DNA of 63,122 nt from Terrimicrobiaceae bacterium. Its GTDB lineage: Bacteria > Verrucomicrobiota > Verrucomicrobiia > Chthoniobacterales > Terrimicrobiaceae. The notes under the pieces were generated by a model. It saw nothing but the letters and a program-made list of their open reading frames with translations, had not been told where the DNA came from and searched no databases. Position numbers and translations under genes: made by a program. The number at the start of each line of letters is the position of its first letter. Positions within the stretch are counted from its first letter, which is position 1. This document shows positions 1 through 10,182 of the stretch, piece after piece. The stretch is taken from the NCBI GenBank assembly GCA_041752695.1, contig JBGSVZ010000126.1:1-63122 (forward strand), read 5' to 3'.

Positions 1-1194
1 CCCGAGGCCCCGGCCACCCAGAACGACGCCGCGCTGGAGACACAGGCCCTCGCCTTGCAAAGCCAGGGCGACTACGCCGCAGCCGAACCCCTCTTCCGCG
101 AATGCCTTGCGATCCGCAAAGCCGCTTTCGGCCCCGAGGACATCGACACTCTGGCCGCGATGAACAACCTGGCCAACCTTCTGCACGATCAGGCCCGCAC
201 GGCCGAGGCCCAGGCCCTGCACTGGGAATGCCTGAAAGCGCGCGAACGCACCCTGGGCGACGCGCATCCGCACACCCTGGGCAGCCTCAACAATCTCGGC
301 CTGATCCTCCACGCCCAGGCGGACCTCTCCGGAGCCGAGGTCCTTTACCGTCGCGCCTGGGAGACGCTGAAAACTTCCGCCGGACCGGAAGATCCCCTCA
401 CCCTCACCTGCCTCAACAACCTCGCCAACGTCCTCTCCGACGCCGCCCGCTACAGCGAGGCGGAAACGCTGTATCGCGAACTCAACACCCACCTGGAAAA
501 AACCTTCGGCCCCGACGATCCCACCACGCTGACTGGCCGGGGCAATCTGGCCAACCTCCTGCTACGCAAGGGTGACCCCTGGGCCGCAGGGTCTCTTTAC
601 CAGGATTGTTTCGCCATCCGCGAACGGGTCCAGGGACCCAAACATCCCGAGACCCTCCTCGCCCTCAACAACCTCGCCAGCTACCATTCTGAGACGGGAA
701 ATTATCTGGAATGCGAACGCCTCCAGCGCCTTTGCGTCGAGCGCCGCCGCAACGCTCTCGGGCCGGAGCATCCCGACACCCTCGCCTCCGAAGAAAATCT
801 AGCCGACGCCCTCCTCAAGAACGGCTCCCTCGAGGAAGCCGCCACCCACGCGGAAATCGCCTTTGGCGGACGCCAGCGCCAACTCCCTCCCGGCCATCCC
901 GACACCTTTTCCGCCATGGGCACCCTCGCGGCCGTGCTCCAGGCCAAGGGCGACAAAACCCAGGCCGCGAGTTATTACGAACAGGCCCTGGCCGGACTGC
1001 GCGAAACCCGTGGGTCCACCCATCCCACCACCCTCGCGTTGATGTACGATCTTTCCGTCCTCTGGAAAGCCGAGGGCAAGACCGCGCCCGCCCGCCGCCT
1101 CGCTTATGAAGCCAGCGCCGGGGCCCGTCGCAGCCTCCCCGCCAACCACCCCGCCCGCCGCAAATACGAGGAATATCGGGAGACCTTCCGGTAG
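1..1194 (+). CDS. Tetratricopeptide repeat protein (42-aa kinesin-light-chain-like TPRs), 5'-truncated by the window edge
   Basis: Frame is open from base 1. Repeated units such as GPEHPDTL...NNLA.L......EA..LY...L..R...LG. Confidence 0.88.
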   Translation, partial: PEAPATQNDAALETQALALQSQGDYAAAEPLFRECLAIRKAAFGPEDIDTLAAMNNLANLLHDQARTAEAQALHWECLKARERTLGDAHPHTLGSLNNLGLILHAQADLSGAEVLYRRAWETLKTSAGPEDPLTLTCLNNLANVLSDAARYSEAETLYRELNTHLEKTFGPDDPTTLTGRGNLANLLLRKGDPWAAGSLYQDCFAIRERVQGPKHPETLLALNNLASYHSETGNYLECERLQRLCVERRRNALGPEHPDTLASEENLADALLKNGSLEEAATHAEIAFGGRQRQLPPGHPDTFSAMGTLAAVLQAKGDKTQAASYYEQALAGLRETRGSTHPTTLALMYDLSVLWKAEGKTAPARRLAYEASAGARRSLPANHPARRKYEEYRETFR

Positions 1195-1232
1195 GATTTC
1201 GCAATCACCGCACGTTTAAAATTGCGGGTCTG

Positions 1233-2546
1233 TCACTCCGCGTCCTCTTCTGAGCGTTGGCCGATGGCAGGCGGGATTTGTTTTTCCCCGCGGGCCCCAA
1301 GTTTTTGGAGTTCCGCGGTGCGGCGGACGAGGTTGCCGCGGCCGGTGCTGAGGCGGCTCAAAGCCATGTCGTAGGAGGCGCGCGCCTGGTCGAGGCGCTG
1401 GCCGATTTCCTCAAGGCTTTCGACAAAGAGGACAAATTGGTCGTGCAGGCCGCCGGCGCGCCGGGCGATCTCGAGAGCGTTGACGGTTTGTTTTTGCCGC
1501 CGCCAGACGCTTTCAATGGCGCGCAGGGTGATGAGAAGCGTGGAGGAGGAAACAAGGACGACGTTGCGTTCGAAGGCGTCACTAAAGAGGGAGCCATCCT
1601 GCTGGAGGGCGAAGTGCAGGGCGGGTTCGACGGGGACGAACATCAGAACAAAGTCGGGACATTGGATCTCCGGCAGGCTCGGATAATCTTTGCGGGAAAG
1701 TTCCTCGACGTGCCGACGCAGCGAGGCGCTGTGTTCACGCAGGGCGCTCTGGCGGGCGGGCTCGGTCTCGGCGCTGACGAAACGTTCGTAAGCGGTGAGG
1801 GAAACTTTGGCGTCGATGACGAGGTGGTGGCCTTCCGGGAGGCGAATGACGACGTCGGGCAGGAAACGCGCGCCATCCTCATCACGGAAGCTGGCCTGGG
1901 TTTCGTATTCGCTACCTTTTTGCAGGCCGGATTTCTCGAGGATGCGCTCGAGGATGAGTTCGCCCCAGCAGCCCTGGGTTTTGGATTCACCCTTGAGAGC
2001 GCGGGTGAGAGCGCCGGCCTCATCTGTCATCTGCCGGTTCAATTCCTTGAGCTGAAGGAGTTGCTCGCGGAGGGCGGCGGTGGATTGGACGTCCTCGGTA
2101 TGGAGGGTCTCAATGCGGTCGCGAAATTCGCCGAGGCGCTGACGCAGGGGGTCGAGGAGGACAGTGAGGTGGTCGTGATTCTGGGTGAGGAATTTGGCGC
2201 TCTTTTCTTCGAGGATGCGGTTGGCGAGGTTTTCGAATTCGGCGCGGAACTGAACCTGGATTCCGGTGAGGCGGGCGGCTTCCTCGGCAAGCCGGTTCTC
2301 GAGATTCGTGCGGTCGGCCTCGGCGGTGGCCAGGCGGGCGGTGAGCGAGTCGTTTTTGGCGCGCTCCGCGGCAAGGTCGGCGCGCGACTTGTCGAGTTCG
2401 GCGGCGAGTTGGTCCGAGCGGGCGGCGTGGGCGGCAGAGTCGGATCGGACAAGACCAAGCCGCCGAGCGGACAGCCACTGGGCAGTCAGCCAACCGAGGG
2501 CCAGGCCGATGAGGGCGGAGAGGATGGCGGTAAGTGGATCAATCAC
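1233..2546 (-). CDS. rmuC: DNA recombination protein RmuC
   Basis: N-terminal TM plus coiled coil. RmuC motifs QGCWGELILERILE, PDVVIRLP, IDAKVSL, DFVLMFVPVE, TLLITLRAI. Confidence 0.93.
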   Translation of the reverse strand: MIDPLTAILSALIGLALGWLTAQWLSARRLGLVRSDSAAHAARSDQLAAELDKSRADLAAERAKNDSLTARLATAEADRTNLENRLAEEAARLTGIQVQFRAEFENLANRILEEKSAKFLTQNHDHLTVLLDPLRQRLGEFRDRIETLHTEDVQSTAALREQLLQLKELNRQMTDEAGALTRALKGESKTQGCWGELILERILEKSGLQKGSEYETQASFRDEDGARFLPDVVIRLPEGHHLVIDAKVSLTAYERFVSAETEPARQSALREHSASLRRHVEELSRKDYPSLPEIQCPDFVLMFVPVEPALHFALQQDGSLFSDAFERNVVLVSSSTLLITLRAIESVWRRQKQTVNALEIARRAGGLHDQFVLFVESLEEIGQRLDQARASYDMALSRLSTGRGNLVRRTAELQKLGARGEKQIPPAIGQRSEEDAE

Positions 2547-2597
2547 AGGACAGACTCTCTCACGGGGGTTCGGACATGGCTGGTCCGAGGGAAGATT

Positions 2598-3257
2598 CTA
2601 TTTCGCGGGCTCCAACTGCTTGATCACGGTCGTGAGATAGACCGGCTCCGGGTGTTTGTCGCGCCACTTGGTGATCTCGCGTTTTTCCAGCACGTGAAAC
2701 CCAAATCGCTCGAGCATGCGGGCGCCGCGGCGGGACTCGAAGGTCACCATCTGCCCAAAGACCGCCTTTTCGCCGTGGGCGCGCAGGAAGTCGAAGTAGG
2801 CGTTCATCAAGGCGTGCGTGCCGGCCATGCTGCGGGCCTCGGGCAGGACGTTAAAATGGAAATGCGCGGTGTGTCGCGGCGCGGCCGGGACTTCCTTCCA
2901 GGAGTTTTTCAAAATCCACGCAATGAATTCGCGGGTGGGTTTCCGGTAGCGCGGGTACCGCCACATCCCGACGGCAAAGAGCCGCAGATTGTGGAAAAAA
3001 CTGTGGAGCTGCTGGCGCAGAGGACGCCGGGAACCCAGGAGGTAGCCCTTCACCTCACCATCCTGCTCGATCACATAAGCGGCCTCGGGCTCGACATCGG
3101 TGTAGTAGCAGGTCAGGTAGTCGGCAAAAAGTTCGCGATCTTCAAAAACCGGATCAATCGCCTTGCCCAAAAAACCGGTCTCGCAACAGAGACGACGCAC
3201 GGCCTCGCGGTCGCGCGGTTGGTAGGATCGAACGGTTATTCCAGGAGGCAAAGGCAC
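2598..3257 (-). CDS. GNAT-family N-acetyltransferase
   Basis: VRSYQPRDREAVRRLCCETG, AHFHFNVLPEARSMAG and ERFGF GNAT pattern. Start refined to GTG 3257 because the longer ORF overlaps the divergent lipoprotein gene. Confidence 0.75.
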   Translation of the reverse strand: MPLPPGITVRSYQPRDREAVRRLCCETGFLGKAIDPVFEDRELFADYLTCYYTDVEPEAAYVIEQDGEVKGYLLGSRRPLRQQLHSFFHNLRLFAVGMWRYPRYRKPTREFIAWILKNSWKEVPAAPRHTAHFHFNVLPEARSMAGTHALMNAYFDFLRAHGEKAVFGQMVTFESRRGARMLERFGFHVLEKREITKWRDKHPEPVYLTTVIKQLEPAK

Positions 3258-3343
3258 GGGCGGATTGTTATCCAGCGTGGTTCGAACGGTAAATCGAAAA
3301 GAAGCACGCTTGCGCGCCGCGCCTGAGACACGGACAGTGGCGG

Positions 3344-3703
3344 ATGAAAGTTTTGTTTTCCCTCGGAATCTTTCTCTTCGCCGGCTGCGCGGCCATCGAA
3401 CGGAACGAGATTCATCAGCAGTCGCTCTGGCTGGAAAAGGCCGGATTTCGCGCTGCGAAGTCCGGTTCGCCGCCAACCGCCACGCCAGGACGTTCACAGA
3501 TGGTGTTCCAGGAGATTCCTCAGGAAAACGGTCGCATGATCTACACCTTCACCGACCCGGTGAACGGGCTGGTTTACCGGGGCGGCGGAAAGGAACTGGC
3601 GGCATACCGGGAGATTTCCACCGCAGCAAGGTCGCGTCGCTCGGCCAATCTTGCGCAGATCACACCTTCGGGTTCGCGGGTGACCGGGCCGTTGGTTTGG
3701 TAG
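3344..3703 (+). CDS. Hypothetical lipoprotein
   Basis: MKVLFSLGIFLFAGC signal peptide with lipobox. YTFTDP..GLVYRGG.KE..AY segment. Fills the gap between flanking genes. Confidence 0.7.
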   Translation: MKVLFSLGIFLFAGCAAIERNEIHQQSLWLEKAGFRAAKSGSPPTATPGRSQMVFQEIPQENGRMIYTFTDPVNGLVYRGGGKELAAYREISTAARSRRSANLAQITPSGSRVTGPLVW

Positions 3704-3763
3704 CGGCTGCGGGCGGACGGGAAATTTTTCAGCAGGACCGGAGCTCAATGCTTCCTCCGAACT

Positions 3764-4936
3764 TCACCGGCTGTAGTTCGCAATCACGTCCCCGTAGATG
3801 GCAAAAAGTCGACCGAAGACTGAGTTCCACGAATACCGGCTCCGCGCGGCCTCGCTGGCCTGCCGACCAATGTGGGGCAGGTCCTGCTCGAATTTGGCCT
3901 CAATAGCGTTCGCCAGAGACTCGGGGGTGTTTTTCTCGGCCCATTGGGACTGGTTGGAAAAAATAATGCGGTCCATGTAACTCCCCCGGATGCCCACCAC
4001 CGGCGTGCCGCACGCCTGACTTTCCAGCGTGACGAGCCCGAAGGTTTCCTGAATGCCGGGGTGCACAAAGACATCCGCCAGTCGGTAGAGGGCGGCCAGT
4101 CGCTCAGGATCCTGGCAATATTGCAGCCAGGTGACAGCCCCGGTCTGCTCCCGGAGCCGCAGCAAGGCGGGGCGCAACGTGCCATCGCCGACACAAAGCA
4201 GGTGGTATTTGTGCGGACAGCGTTCGTGCAGCCGGTCAAGGGCGTCGAAGAGCGTGCGGACATTTTTTTCTGAAGCCAGTCGACCCACATACACCAAAAG
4301 GCGGGGATCCTCCGGGATCCCGAGTTCGGTACGGGTGAGATGCGGGGCGGCGGGCCCAGGGTGAAAAACGTTGACATCCACTCCCAGGTCGATGCTCTCG
4401 ACCTGCTCGACCCCCCAGTCGCGCAGCAATGCTGCCAGGATCGGGCTCGGCACGAAGGTCTTCTCGAAATTGCTGTACAGCGCGTGGACGTAGCGGCGAC
4501 TGATATCCTCGGCAATCGAAATGGCAAGGGGTCCAAAGTACTTTGCGACGGACCGGATGTACGCTTCGGGAAAATGCGAATGATAAAATCCCACCACGGG
4601 AATTCCCAGCCCGCGCCCCGAGGCCACCGCCTTCCACGCAATCTGATACGGGTCTCCGGATTCGATAATGTCGGGCTTCTCCCGTTCCAAAGCCTCCTCC
4701 ACGAGCGGCAGCTTGAGCAACGCCCGATAACGCGACGTGCGCGAGATCAGCGGCGACGCAATGGTATAGACCCGCGCGATGTCGTCGCCCGTCATGGCGG
4801 TGATCTCGCCCGGGACGATGAGCACGTGTTGGCAATCCAGCCGTTCCCGCCGCAGATAGGCCACCTTCTGTTCGACATAACGCCGCACCCCGCCGCTCAC
4901 CGGCGAGTAGAACTGCGTGAGGTCGCAAATCTTCAA
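3764..4936 (-). CDS. Glycosyltransferase family 4 (GT-B)
   Basis: DLTQFYSPVSGGVRRY, YVGRLASEKN, ETFGLVTLESQACGTPVV. Start refined to TTG 4936. Confidence 0.9.
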   Translation of the reverse strand: MKICDLTQFYSPVSGGVRRYVEQKVAYLRRERLDCQHVLIVPGEITAMTGDDIARVYTIASPLISRTSRYRALLKLPLVEEALEREKPDIIESGDPYQIAWKAVASGRGLGIPVVGFYHSHFPEAYIRSVAKYFGPLAISIAEDISRRYVHALYSNFEKTFVPSPILAALLRDWGVEQVESIDLGVDVNVFHPGPAAPHLTRTELGIPEDPRLLVYVGRLASEKNVRTLFDALDRLHERCPHKYHLLCVGDGTLRPALLRLREQTGAVTWLQYCQDPERLAALYRLADVFVHPGIQETFGLVTLESQACGTPVVGIRGSYMDRIIFSNQSQWAEKNTPESLANAIEAKFEQDLPHIGRQASEAARSRYSWNSVFGRLFAIYGDVIANYSR

Positions 4937-5016
4937 AGTTTTATGAAAAACGTTTGTCGGTGTTAAGAAGACGGCCCGTCGAAATAGCCGGTTTCCCAAA
5001 ACCCAAAACTTTCAAC

Positions 5017-5940
5017 TTAAGACGCGTGTTCCGCCAGCCAGCGTTCCGCGTCAATGGCCGCCGCGCAGCCCTGTCCGGCCGCCGTGATGGCCTGACGATA
5101 AACATGGTCGGCCACATCGCCCGCGGCAAAAACGCCGGGGAGATTGGTGTGGGTGCCGCGCTGCTGCAGGAGGTAGCCATTTTCGTCCGTATCGAGTTTG
5201 CCACGAAAAGGGGCCGTATTGGGTTCGTGTCCGATGGCCACAAACACACACTTCAACTCCAGTTCGCTCTCCCCGCCGGTGACGAGATTTTTCAGTTTTA
5301 CCGCACGCATTTCGCCCGCGTCGTCGGTGAGGTATTCTGTGATGGCGCTGTTCCAAACCGGTACGATCTTGGGGTTGGCCAGAGCGCGGTCGGCCATGAT
5401 TTTCGACGCCCGCAAGGTGTCGCGGCGATGGATGAGATACACCTTCGAGGCAAACCTCGTAAGAAACCCGGCTTCCTCGCACGCGGAATCGCCGCCACCC
5501 ACCACGCAGACCGGGACATTGCGGTAAAAGGCTCCGTCACAGGTCGCACAGGAGGTGAGCCCGTGGCCAATCAGCTGTTTTTCCCGGTCCAGATCGAGGT
5601 AACGCGGGGACGCACCACTGGCAATGATGAGCGCCTTGGTTTCCATCCAGTTGCCGTCGACCTTCAGCCGGGTGTGCGTGCCGACGTGTTCGAATTCCTC
5701 CACAATGCCATATTGGAAACGCGAGCCGAATTTTTCCGCCTGTTCGTGCATGCGCATGACTAGGTCTGGCCCGTCCACCCCCTCCGGGAAACCGGGGAAA
5801 TTTTCCACCGCGGTGGTGGTGGTGAGTTGACCCCCGGGCTGACGGCCTTCCAAAACAAGCGGCGAAAGACTGGCCCGGGCCGTGTAGATGGCCGCAGTGA
5901 GACCGGCGCAACCCGTCCCGACGATAATCACGTTTTCCAT
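5017..5940 (-). CDS. trxB: Thioredoxin reductase
   Basis: GTGCAGLTAAIY FAD motif, CATCDG active site, GGGDSACEE, GVFAAGDV. Confidence 0.97.
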   Translation of the reverse strand: MENVIIVGTGCAGLTAAIYTARASLSPLVLEGRQPGGQLTTTTAVENFPGFPEGVDGPDLVMRMHEQAEKFGSRFQYGIVEEFEHVGTHTRLKVDGNWMETKALIIASGASPRYLDLDREKQLIGHGLTSCATCDGAFYRNVPVCVVGGGDSACEEAGFLTRFASKVYLIHRRDTLRASKIMADRALANPKIVPVWNSAITEYLTDDAGEMRAVKLKNLVTGGESELELKCVFVAIGHEPNTAPFRGKLDTDENGYLLQQRGTHTNLPGVFAAGDVADHVYRQAITAAGQGCAAAIDAERWLAEHAS

Positions 5941-6047
5941 AGAGCCAGCCAGTAAACACGAACCCGGCGGACTGACAAAAGAAAGTTTGCATCGTCCGCA
6001 TCATTCCAGGCATCCAGAATCGCGTCGGCGACGTAACTCATTCTGTT

Positions 6048-6311
6048 ATGAAAGAATCAACTGACACTCCTGCGACAACCTCCGATGTCTGCTGCCAATA
6101 CGTGAACAAAACCAACCTCCGCGCTCTCTCCGACGTGTGCTTGGGTCTTGGTTTCGCCAGCATTGTAATCTCAATCTTTACCTGGTTTTTCCGTTCCCGC
6201 CAGGACCCCGCCCACGGCGAACGTTTTGGCATTTTCATTGGTCTCTGGGTGCCGAGCTTCTTCATGCTTTCCCAGCGCCTCGCCCGCAAGGCGGATGAAC
6301 TCTCGGAATAG
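6048..6311 (+). CDS. Small two-TM membrane protein of unknown function
   Basis: Two hydrophobic helices. HGERFGIFIGLWVPSF motif typical of a widespread small-protein family. Confidence 0.75.
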   Translation: MKESTDTPATTSDVCCQYVNKTNLRALSDVCLGLGFASIVISIFTWFFRSRQDPAHGERFGIFIGLWVPSFFMLSQRLARKADELSE

Positions 6312-6319
6312 CCCGTAGT

Positions 6320-8104
6320 TCAGCGCCCAAGGAGAACTTGGGTTCCACTATCATCGACGATCCGGAGTGGGTGGCGCAGGCGGGCCCTCCACTCCTCCGC
6401 TCGGCGCGACTCGGTAACGAGCAAAAGCTGCTCCCCAGCCGCCCAACGCGCGGCGAATTCGGACGCGGTGAGAAAACCGTCCCGGCCAACACCGAACTTC
6501 CGCACGATGAATTCTTCGTCCGGATTTTGGTCGAGCAAAATGATTTTGGCGTCGGTGTAGACCATCAGGCTGCTCCCGGTATCAATCCCGCCATCATATA
6601 CCACCGTCGAGCCCGCCGGTATGGCCGGAGCCAAACGGGCGAGAGAAAAATAAGGAGAGACGGTGGCCGTGCCGCTGACCGACCCCAGAGCCAGGCACAC
6701 AGCCGAGGCGGTCAACGCCAGCCACCGGCGTTGGGGCAGCAAAACGGCGATCACGGTAAAGACGAGGCCCCCGCCAAGCGACAACCAGGCTGTGATCTGG
6801 AGACTTTTCCAGACCGAGGGATCAAAGCCCACCACGGTTGTCCACGCCGTCGCCCGTTCCGCAACCACACCCGTTTGCCAGCCCGGACCCGAAGCGGATA
6901 ACCCGCCGAGAAAAAAACTCGCCATCAGTGCGACCCCCAACACTCCCGCCAGAACAAGGGCACCCGGCCGTGCGGAACTCCGCTCCAACACCCAGGCGGC
7001 ACCCAGTGCAAAGGCCGGCCACATGGACATCGCATAATAGTCCTGACGCTGGCCAGTGAGCATCACCGACCCAAAGATCACCGTCGCCCAGGCGAGGACG
7101 AGGACCGTGCTGAAGGGCCGTGAGAAGGGGAACCCGCGGCTGCCACGAGCCTTGCGAGGCCAGACTTTCCCGTGGTCTAGCAAGGCGACTCCGGCGACGA
7201 GCGACCACGGGAAAAACCACGCCAGGTGCAGGAGAAGAAACTGCCAGCGGGGCACGCTGGTGTAATCGGTGGCGGGCGACGAACTGCCTTCCACGTGCCC
7301 CAGATGTTCGGTGAAAAGGAGGTTGTGAAACCAACCCGGGTACTTTGCCTCAATGTAAATGTACCAGGGAAGGTTGATCAGGGCAAAAACGAGCAGCCCC
7401 TGCCACGAGAGCAGACCGCGCAATTGGGAACGGGAACTTTTACAGACCGCCGCGGCCACGCCCACGATGGCCAGTGGATACAATGTGCCATGCCAGCCCT
7501 TGACGAAGCTGGCGAGAGATGCGCAAACCCAAAACGCCAGATACCACCATTTCCTCCGGGCCGCATCGTCATGCCCGCGCAGCGCGCAATACAACGCCCC
7601 GGCAATCAGCGCGGAAAGGGTCTGTTCGGGCATGACGATGCGACCGAGGGAAAACGTTCCCAAAGACGTCAGCAAAATCACCCCAGCCATGAGGCCACGG
7701 ATGGGGCCACCCAAACGGCAGCCAAAAAGGTAGGTCACCAGCGTCAGCGCCACGATGGCCAGCTCGCCGGGCAGGCGGGCGGCGAAGGCATTGACCCCGA
7801 AAACTTTCATCGCGGCCGCCATTTCCCAGTAGAGCAAGGGCGGTTTGACCAGGCGGGGGATGCCATTGTTTTCCGGAACCAACCAGGAACCGCCCGCCGC
7901 CATCACTTTCGCCGCGCCGCCGTATTGGCCGTCGGTCTCGTTGTAAAGGTCACCCCACCCCGCCGTTCCCACCGCCAGAACAACGGCCAGAAACACCAAG
8001 GGCCAGAATAAACGCCGCGATGCCCCCCCGGACCGGGCAGGCGAATCGGACAATTTTTCCGGGGCCTCACCGGGCAGTTCCCGGACCGGGGAAGGAATTT
8101 GCAT
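6320..8104 (-). CDS. ArnT/PMT-like membrane glycosyltransferase (GT-C)
   Basis: Multi-TM protein with QY..AA..M...G.W.VP..NG.PRLVKPPLLYW, FAARLP and KGW.G..YP motifs. Confidence 0.85.
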   Translation of the reverse strand: MQIPSPVRELPGEAPEKLSDSPARSGGASRRLFWPLVFLAVVLAVGTAGWGDLYNETDGQYGGAAKVMAAGGSWLVPENNGIPRLVKPPLLYWEMAAAMKVFGVNAFAARLPGELAIVALTLVTYLFGCRLGGPIRGLMAGVILLTSLGTFSLGRIVMPEQTLSALIAGALYCALRGHDDAARRKWWYLAFWVCASLASFVKGWHGTLYPLAIVGVAAAVCKSSRSQLRGLLSWQGLLVFALINLPWYIYIEAKYPGWFHNLLFTEHLGHVEGSSSPATDYTSVPRWQFLLLHLAWFFPWSLVAGVALLDHGKVWPRKARGSRGFPFSRPFSTVLVLAWATVIFGSVMLTGQRQDYYAMSMWPAFALGAAWVLERSSARPGALVLAGVLGVALMASFFLGGLSASGPGWQTGVVAERATAWTTVVGFDPSVWKSLQITAWLSLGGGLVFTVIAVLLPQRRWLALTASAVCLALGSVSGTATVSPYFSLARLAPAIPAGSTVVYDGGIDTGSSLMVYTDAKIILLDQNPDEEFIVRKFGVGRDGFLTASEFAARWAAGEQLLLVTESRRAEEWRARLRHPLRIVDDSGTQVLLGR

Positions 8105-8106
8105 GG

Positions 8107-8529
8107 TCAACCTGTGAGAGAGAAGGCCTCCGGAAACCCGTCCGGCAGTCGCATCGGGCGGCCCTGTGGCATTTGCACCAGGGCGAGCGCCTGCCGGCAG
8201 GTGACGAGCAGCGTGCCGTCAGAGGGGCGGACGATTTCAAACTCCACCCAAAATCGCGCGCGGGCCACCTCCGTGATCCGTCCTTGGACGAGAAGCTCGT
8301 CTCCCAGGAGGGCCGGACGTTTGTAGTCGATCTCGGTGCGCACCACCACGGGATGGATCTGCGTGCGAATGATTTCCGCAAAACTCAACCCCATCTTGAT
8401 CGCGAGATTCGTCCGCGCCGTCTCGATGAACCTCAGGTACGAAATATTATGGACGACCCCTCCGGCATCGGTGTCGAAATACATCACGCGGATCTCCGTT
8501 GAGATGCGGCAGCGGTCGGACCATTCCAT
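8107..8529 (-). CDS. Acyl-CoA thioesterase (YbgC/4HBT hot-dog family)
   Basis: RVMYFDTDAGGVVHNISYLRFIETAR and IDYKRPA.LGD motifs. Start refined to ATG 8529. Confidence 0.9.
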   Translation of the reverse strand: MEWSDRCRISTEIRVMYFDTDAGGVVHNISYLRFIETARTNLAIKMGLSFAEIIRTQIHPVVVRTEIDYKRPALLGDELLVQGRITEVARARFWVEFEIVRPSDGTLLVTCRQALALVQMPQGRPMRLPDGFPEAFSLTG

Positions 8530-8566
8530 GGCCGCGCATGATGGCGGGACTGCGCCCGTCCTCAAT

Positions 8567-9949
8567 TTATTTTTTTGGAGGCAGCTTTTGCTTGAGCAGG
8601 GCAATCTGCTCTCCCACCGCCGGATCCGGGATCACTGCGAAGGCTTTTTCGTAGACCGCCAGCGCCTCCGCCGGCTTGTTGGCGTCAGCCTGCAGCTTGG
8701 CTTCCTCCCGCAGGCGGCTGAATTCTGAGATAGAGGTCGCTGTCACGGTCTGCAGACCCAAAATGACCCGCGAAGTCTCCGGCCCAATCAGGCGCGCCTC
8801 AGCCGTCATCTGGTCAAGAAGGTCCTTGGCTTCCAAAAACTGCTTGTCGGCAAAAACGGCCTTCAACTTGCCGAAGCCGGAAACGGTCGAACAAACCGCC
8901 AAGGCCTGACCCGCTTCCGCGAGCAAGGGAGCCGGGGGTTTGGTCGCGGTGAAGCTCGTCATGGAAACATTCAGCGCGGCAACGCTCTGGTCGAGATCCG
9001 GGGAAATCTCGGGAGGGATGCTGTCGGTTTTCACCGTGGACATTTCCGTCTCGAGCGCCGCGGCGAGCTTTTTCGCTTCCGTCGAAGCAGCGGTGACTTT
9101 GGTCAGGCTGGCGTCCCAATTTTTGAGAAAAAGCACGCTGCGGGGATCTTCCTCGGGCTGAAGCGTTTTCAGGCGGGCGACGGCTGTCGTGGCTTCTTCC
9201 GACGTGAGATTCGGGGTGTTCAGCTTGGCCAGCAGCACTTTGCGTCTCTCAGCCCGCACCAGTTTGCCGTGCATGTTGGTAAGCTCCTCGACCAGCAGCT
9301 TCACGCTGGGGTTGGTCTTGGCGAGCTCCACCAGGGCAAGATAGCGGGGGTCGCTGGCCAGATCGAAGCTGGAGGGCGGGTCAGCGCTCACGATGTCCGG
9401 CTTAATCTGCGTCGCAAAAGTGCGCGCACGATCCGCCGCATATTTTTCCCGGGCGATCCAAACTCCGCCGGTTTTCACCTTGCCGGAATCGAAAATGGCA
9501 ACCTCCTCACTGACTTTTTTCATCGCCGGTTCGACGTAGGTGCGCGACGCGGGAAACTTGGTGATGGTCGCCTGCAGATCCGCGGCGACCGCCGCAAGGG
9601 CATCGCGATCCTTGGTCACCACCACTTCCGTGACGAGTTTGGGATCGGGGTAGACCACCATCTTGACGATGCGTGAGGTCGGCACCTGACGTTTGGGCGA
9701 GGCCTTCGTGCGAAATTCAATATACCCTGCGCCCGCCGCACCACTGGCCGTGCGGTCCGTAAAGGCCTCGAACTCGACCACCACGGCCTCCGATTCCTTT
9801 GACCACGCCTGCGGCTTCACCAGCACAATTCCGGCTCGTTCCTGTACAGTAAATCCATCCGAACCGGACTGGCCAAAAAGGGGACCCATGACATTAAAGA
9901 TCAGAAACGCGATCGCGGGCAAAAGAAGGGCAGGGGGTTTAGGCAGCAT
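8567..9949 (-). CDS. Hypothetical exported protein (helical, C-terminal TPR-like segment)
   Basis: 460-aa ORF with coding-like codon usage and a signal-peptide-like N-terminus. No recognised family. Confidence 0.75.
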   Translation of the reverse strand: MLPKPPALLLPAIAFLIFNVMGPLFGQSGSDGFTVQERAGIVLVKPQAWSKESEAVVVEFEAFTDRTASGAAGAGYIEFRTKASPKRQVPTSRIVKMVVYPDPKLVTEVVVTKDRDALAAVAADLQATITKFPASRTYVEPAMKKVSEEVAIFDSGKVKTGGVWIAREKYAADRARTFATQIKPDIVSADPPSSFDLASDPRYLALVELAKTNPSVKLLVEELTNMHGKLVRAERRKVLLAKLNTPNLTSEEATTAVARLKTLQPEEDPRSVLFLKNWDASLTKVTAASTEAKKLAAALETEMSTVKTDSIPPEISPDLDQSVAALNVSMTSFTATKPPAPLLAEAGQALAVCSTVSGFGKLKAVFADKQFLEAKDLLDQMTAEARLIGPETSRVILGLQTVTATSISEFSRLREEAKLQADANKPAEALAVYEKAFAVIPDPAVGEQIALLKQKLPPKK

Positions 9950-10076
9950 GGTAAGTGGAAAAGTCTAGACGCGTTCGCCCCCCTATCGCAACCCGATTTC
10001 TCCCCGACAATCCGACCAAGGGGTAAAAATTCGCGCTTGCTCTCCGCAAATGACCCATTAAGGTTACCAGCCCTTT

Positions 10077-10151
10077 GCCAGAGTAGCTCAGGGGTAGAGC
10101 AGGGGACTCATAAGCCCTTGGTCGGGGGTTCAATTCCCTCCTCTGGCACCA
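10077..10151 (+). tRNA. tRNA with CAT anticodon (elongator Met or Ile2; not initiator)
   Basis: GCCAGAG/CTCTGGC acceptor stem, GCTC/GAGC D-arm, CTCATAA loop, GGTTCAATTCC T-arm, encoded CCA. G1-C72 is paired, so not fMet. Confidence 0.96.
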
Positions 10152-10182
10152 TGCCTCACGGCAGACAACCCAAGTTTAATCC

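Noticed and set aside
55..1194. 126-bp periodic repeats as a possible CRISPR or tandem array
   Set aside because: They are degenerate protein-coding TPR repeats, not identical DNA repeats with spacers.
1257..3326. 689-aa plus-strand ORF
   Set aside because: Antisense to rmuC and the GNAT gene; shadow ORF.
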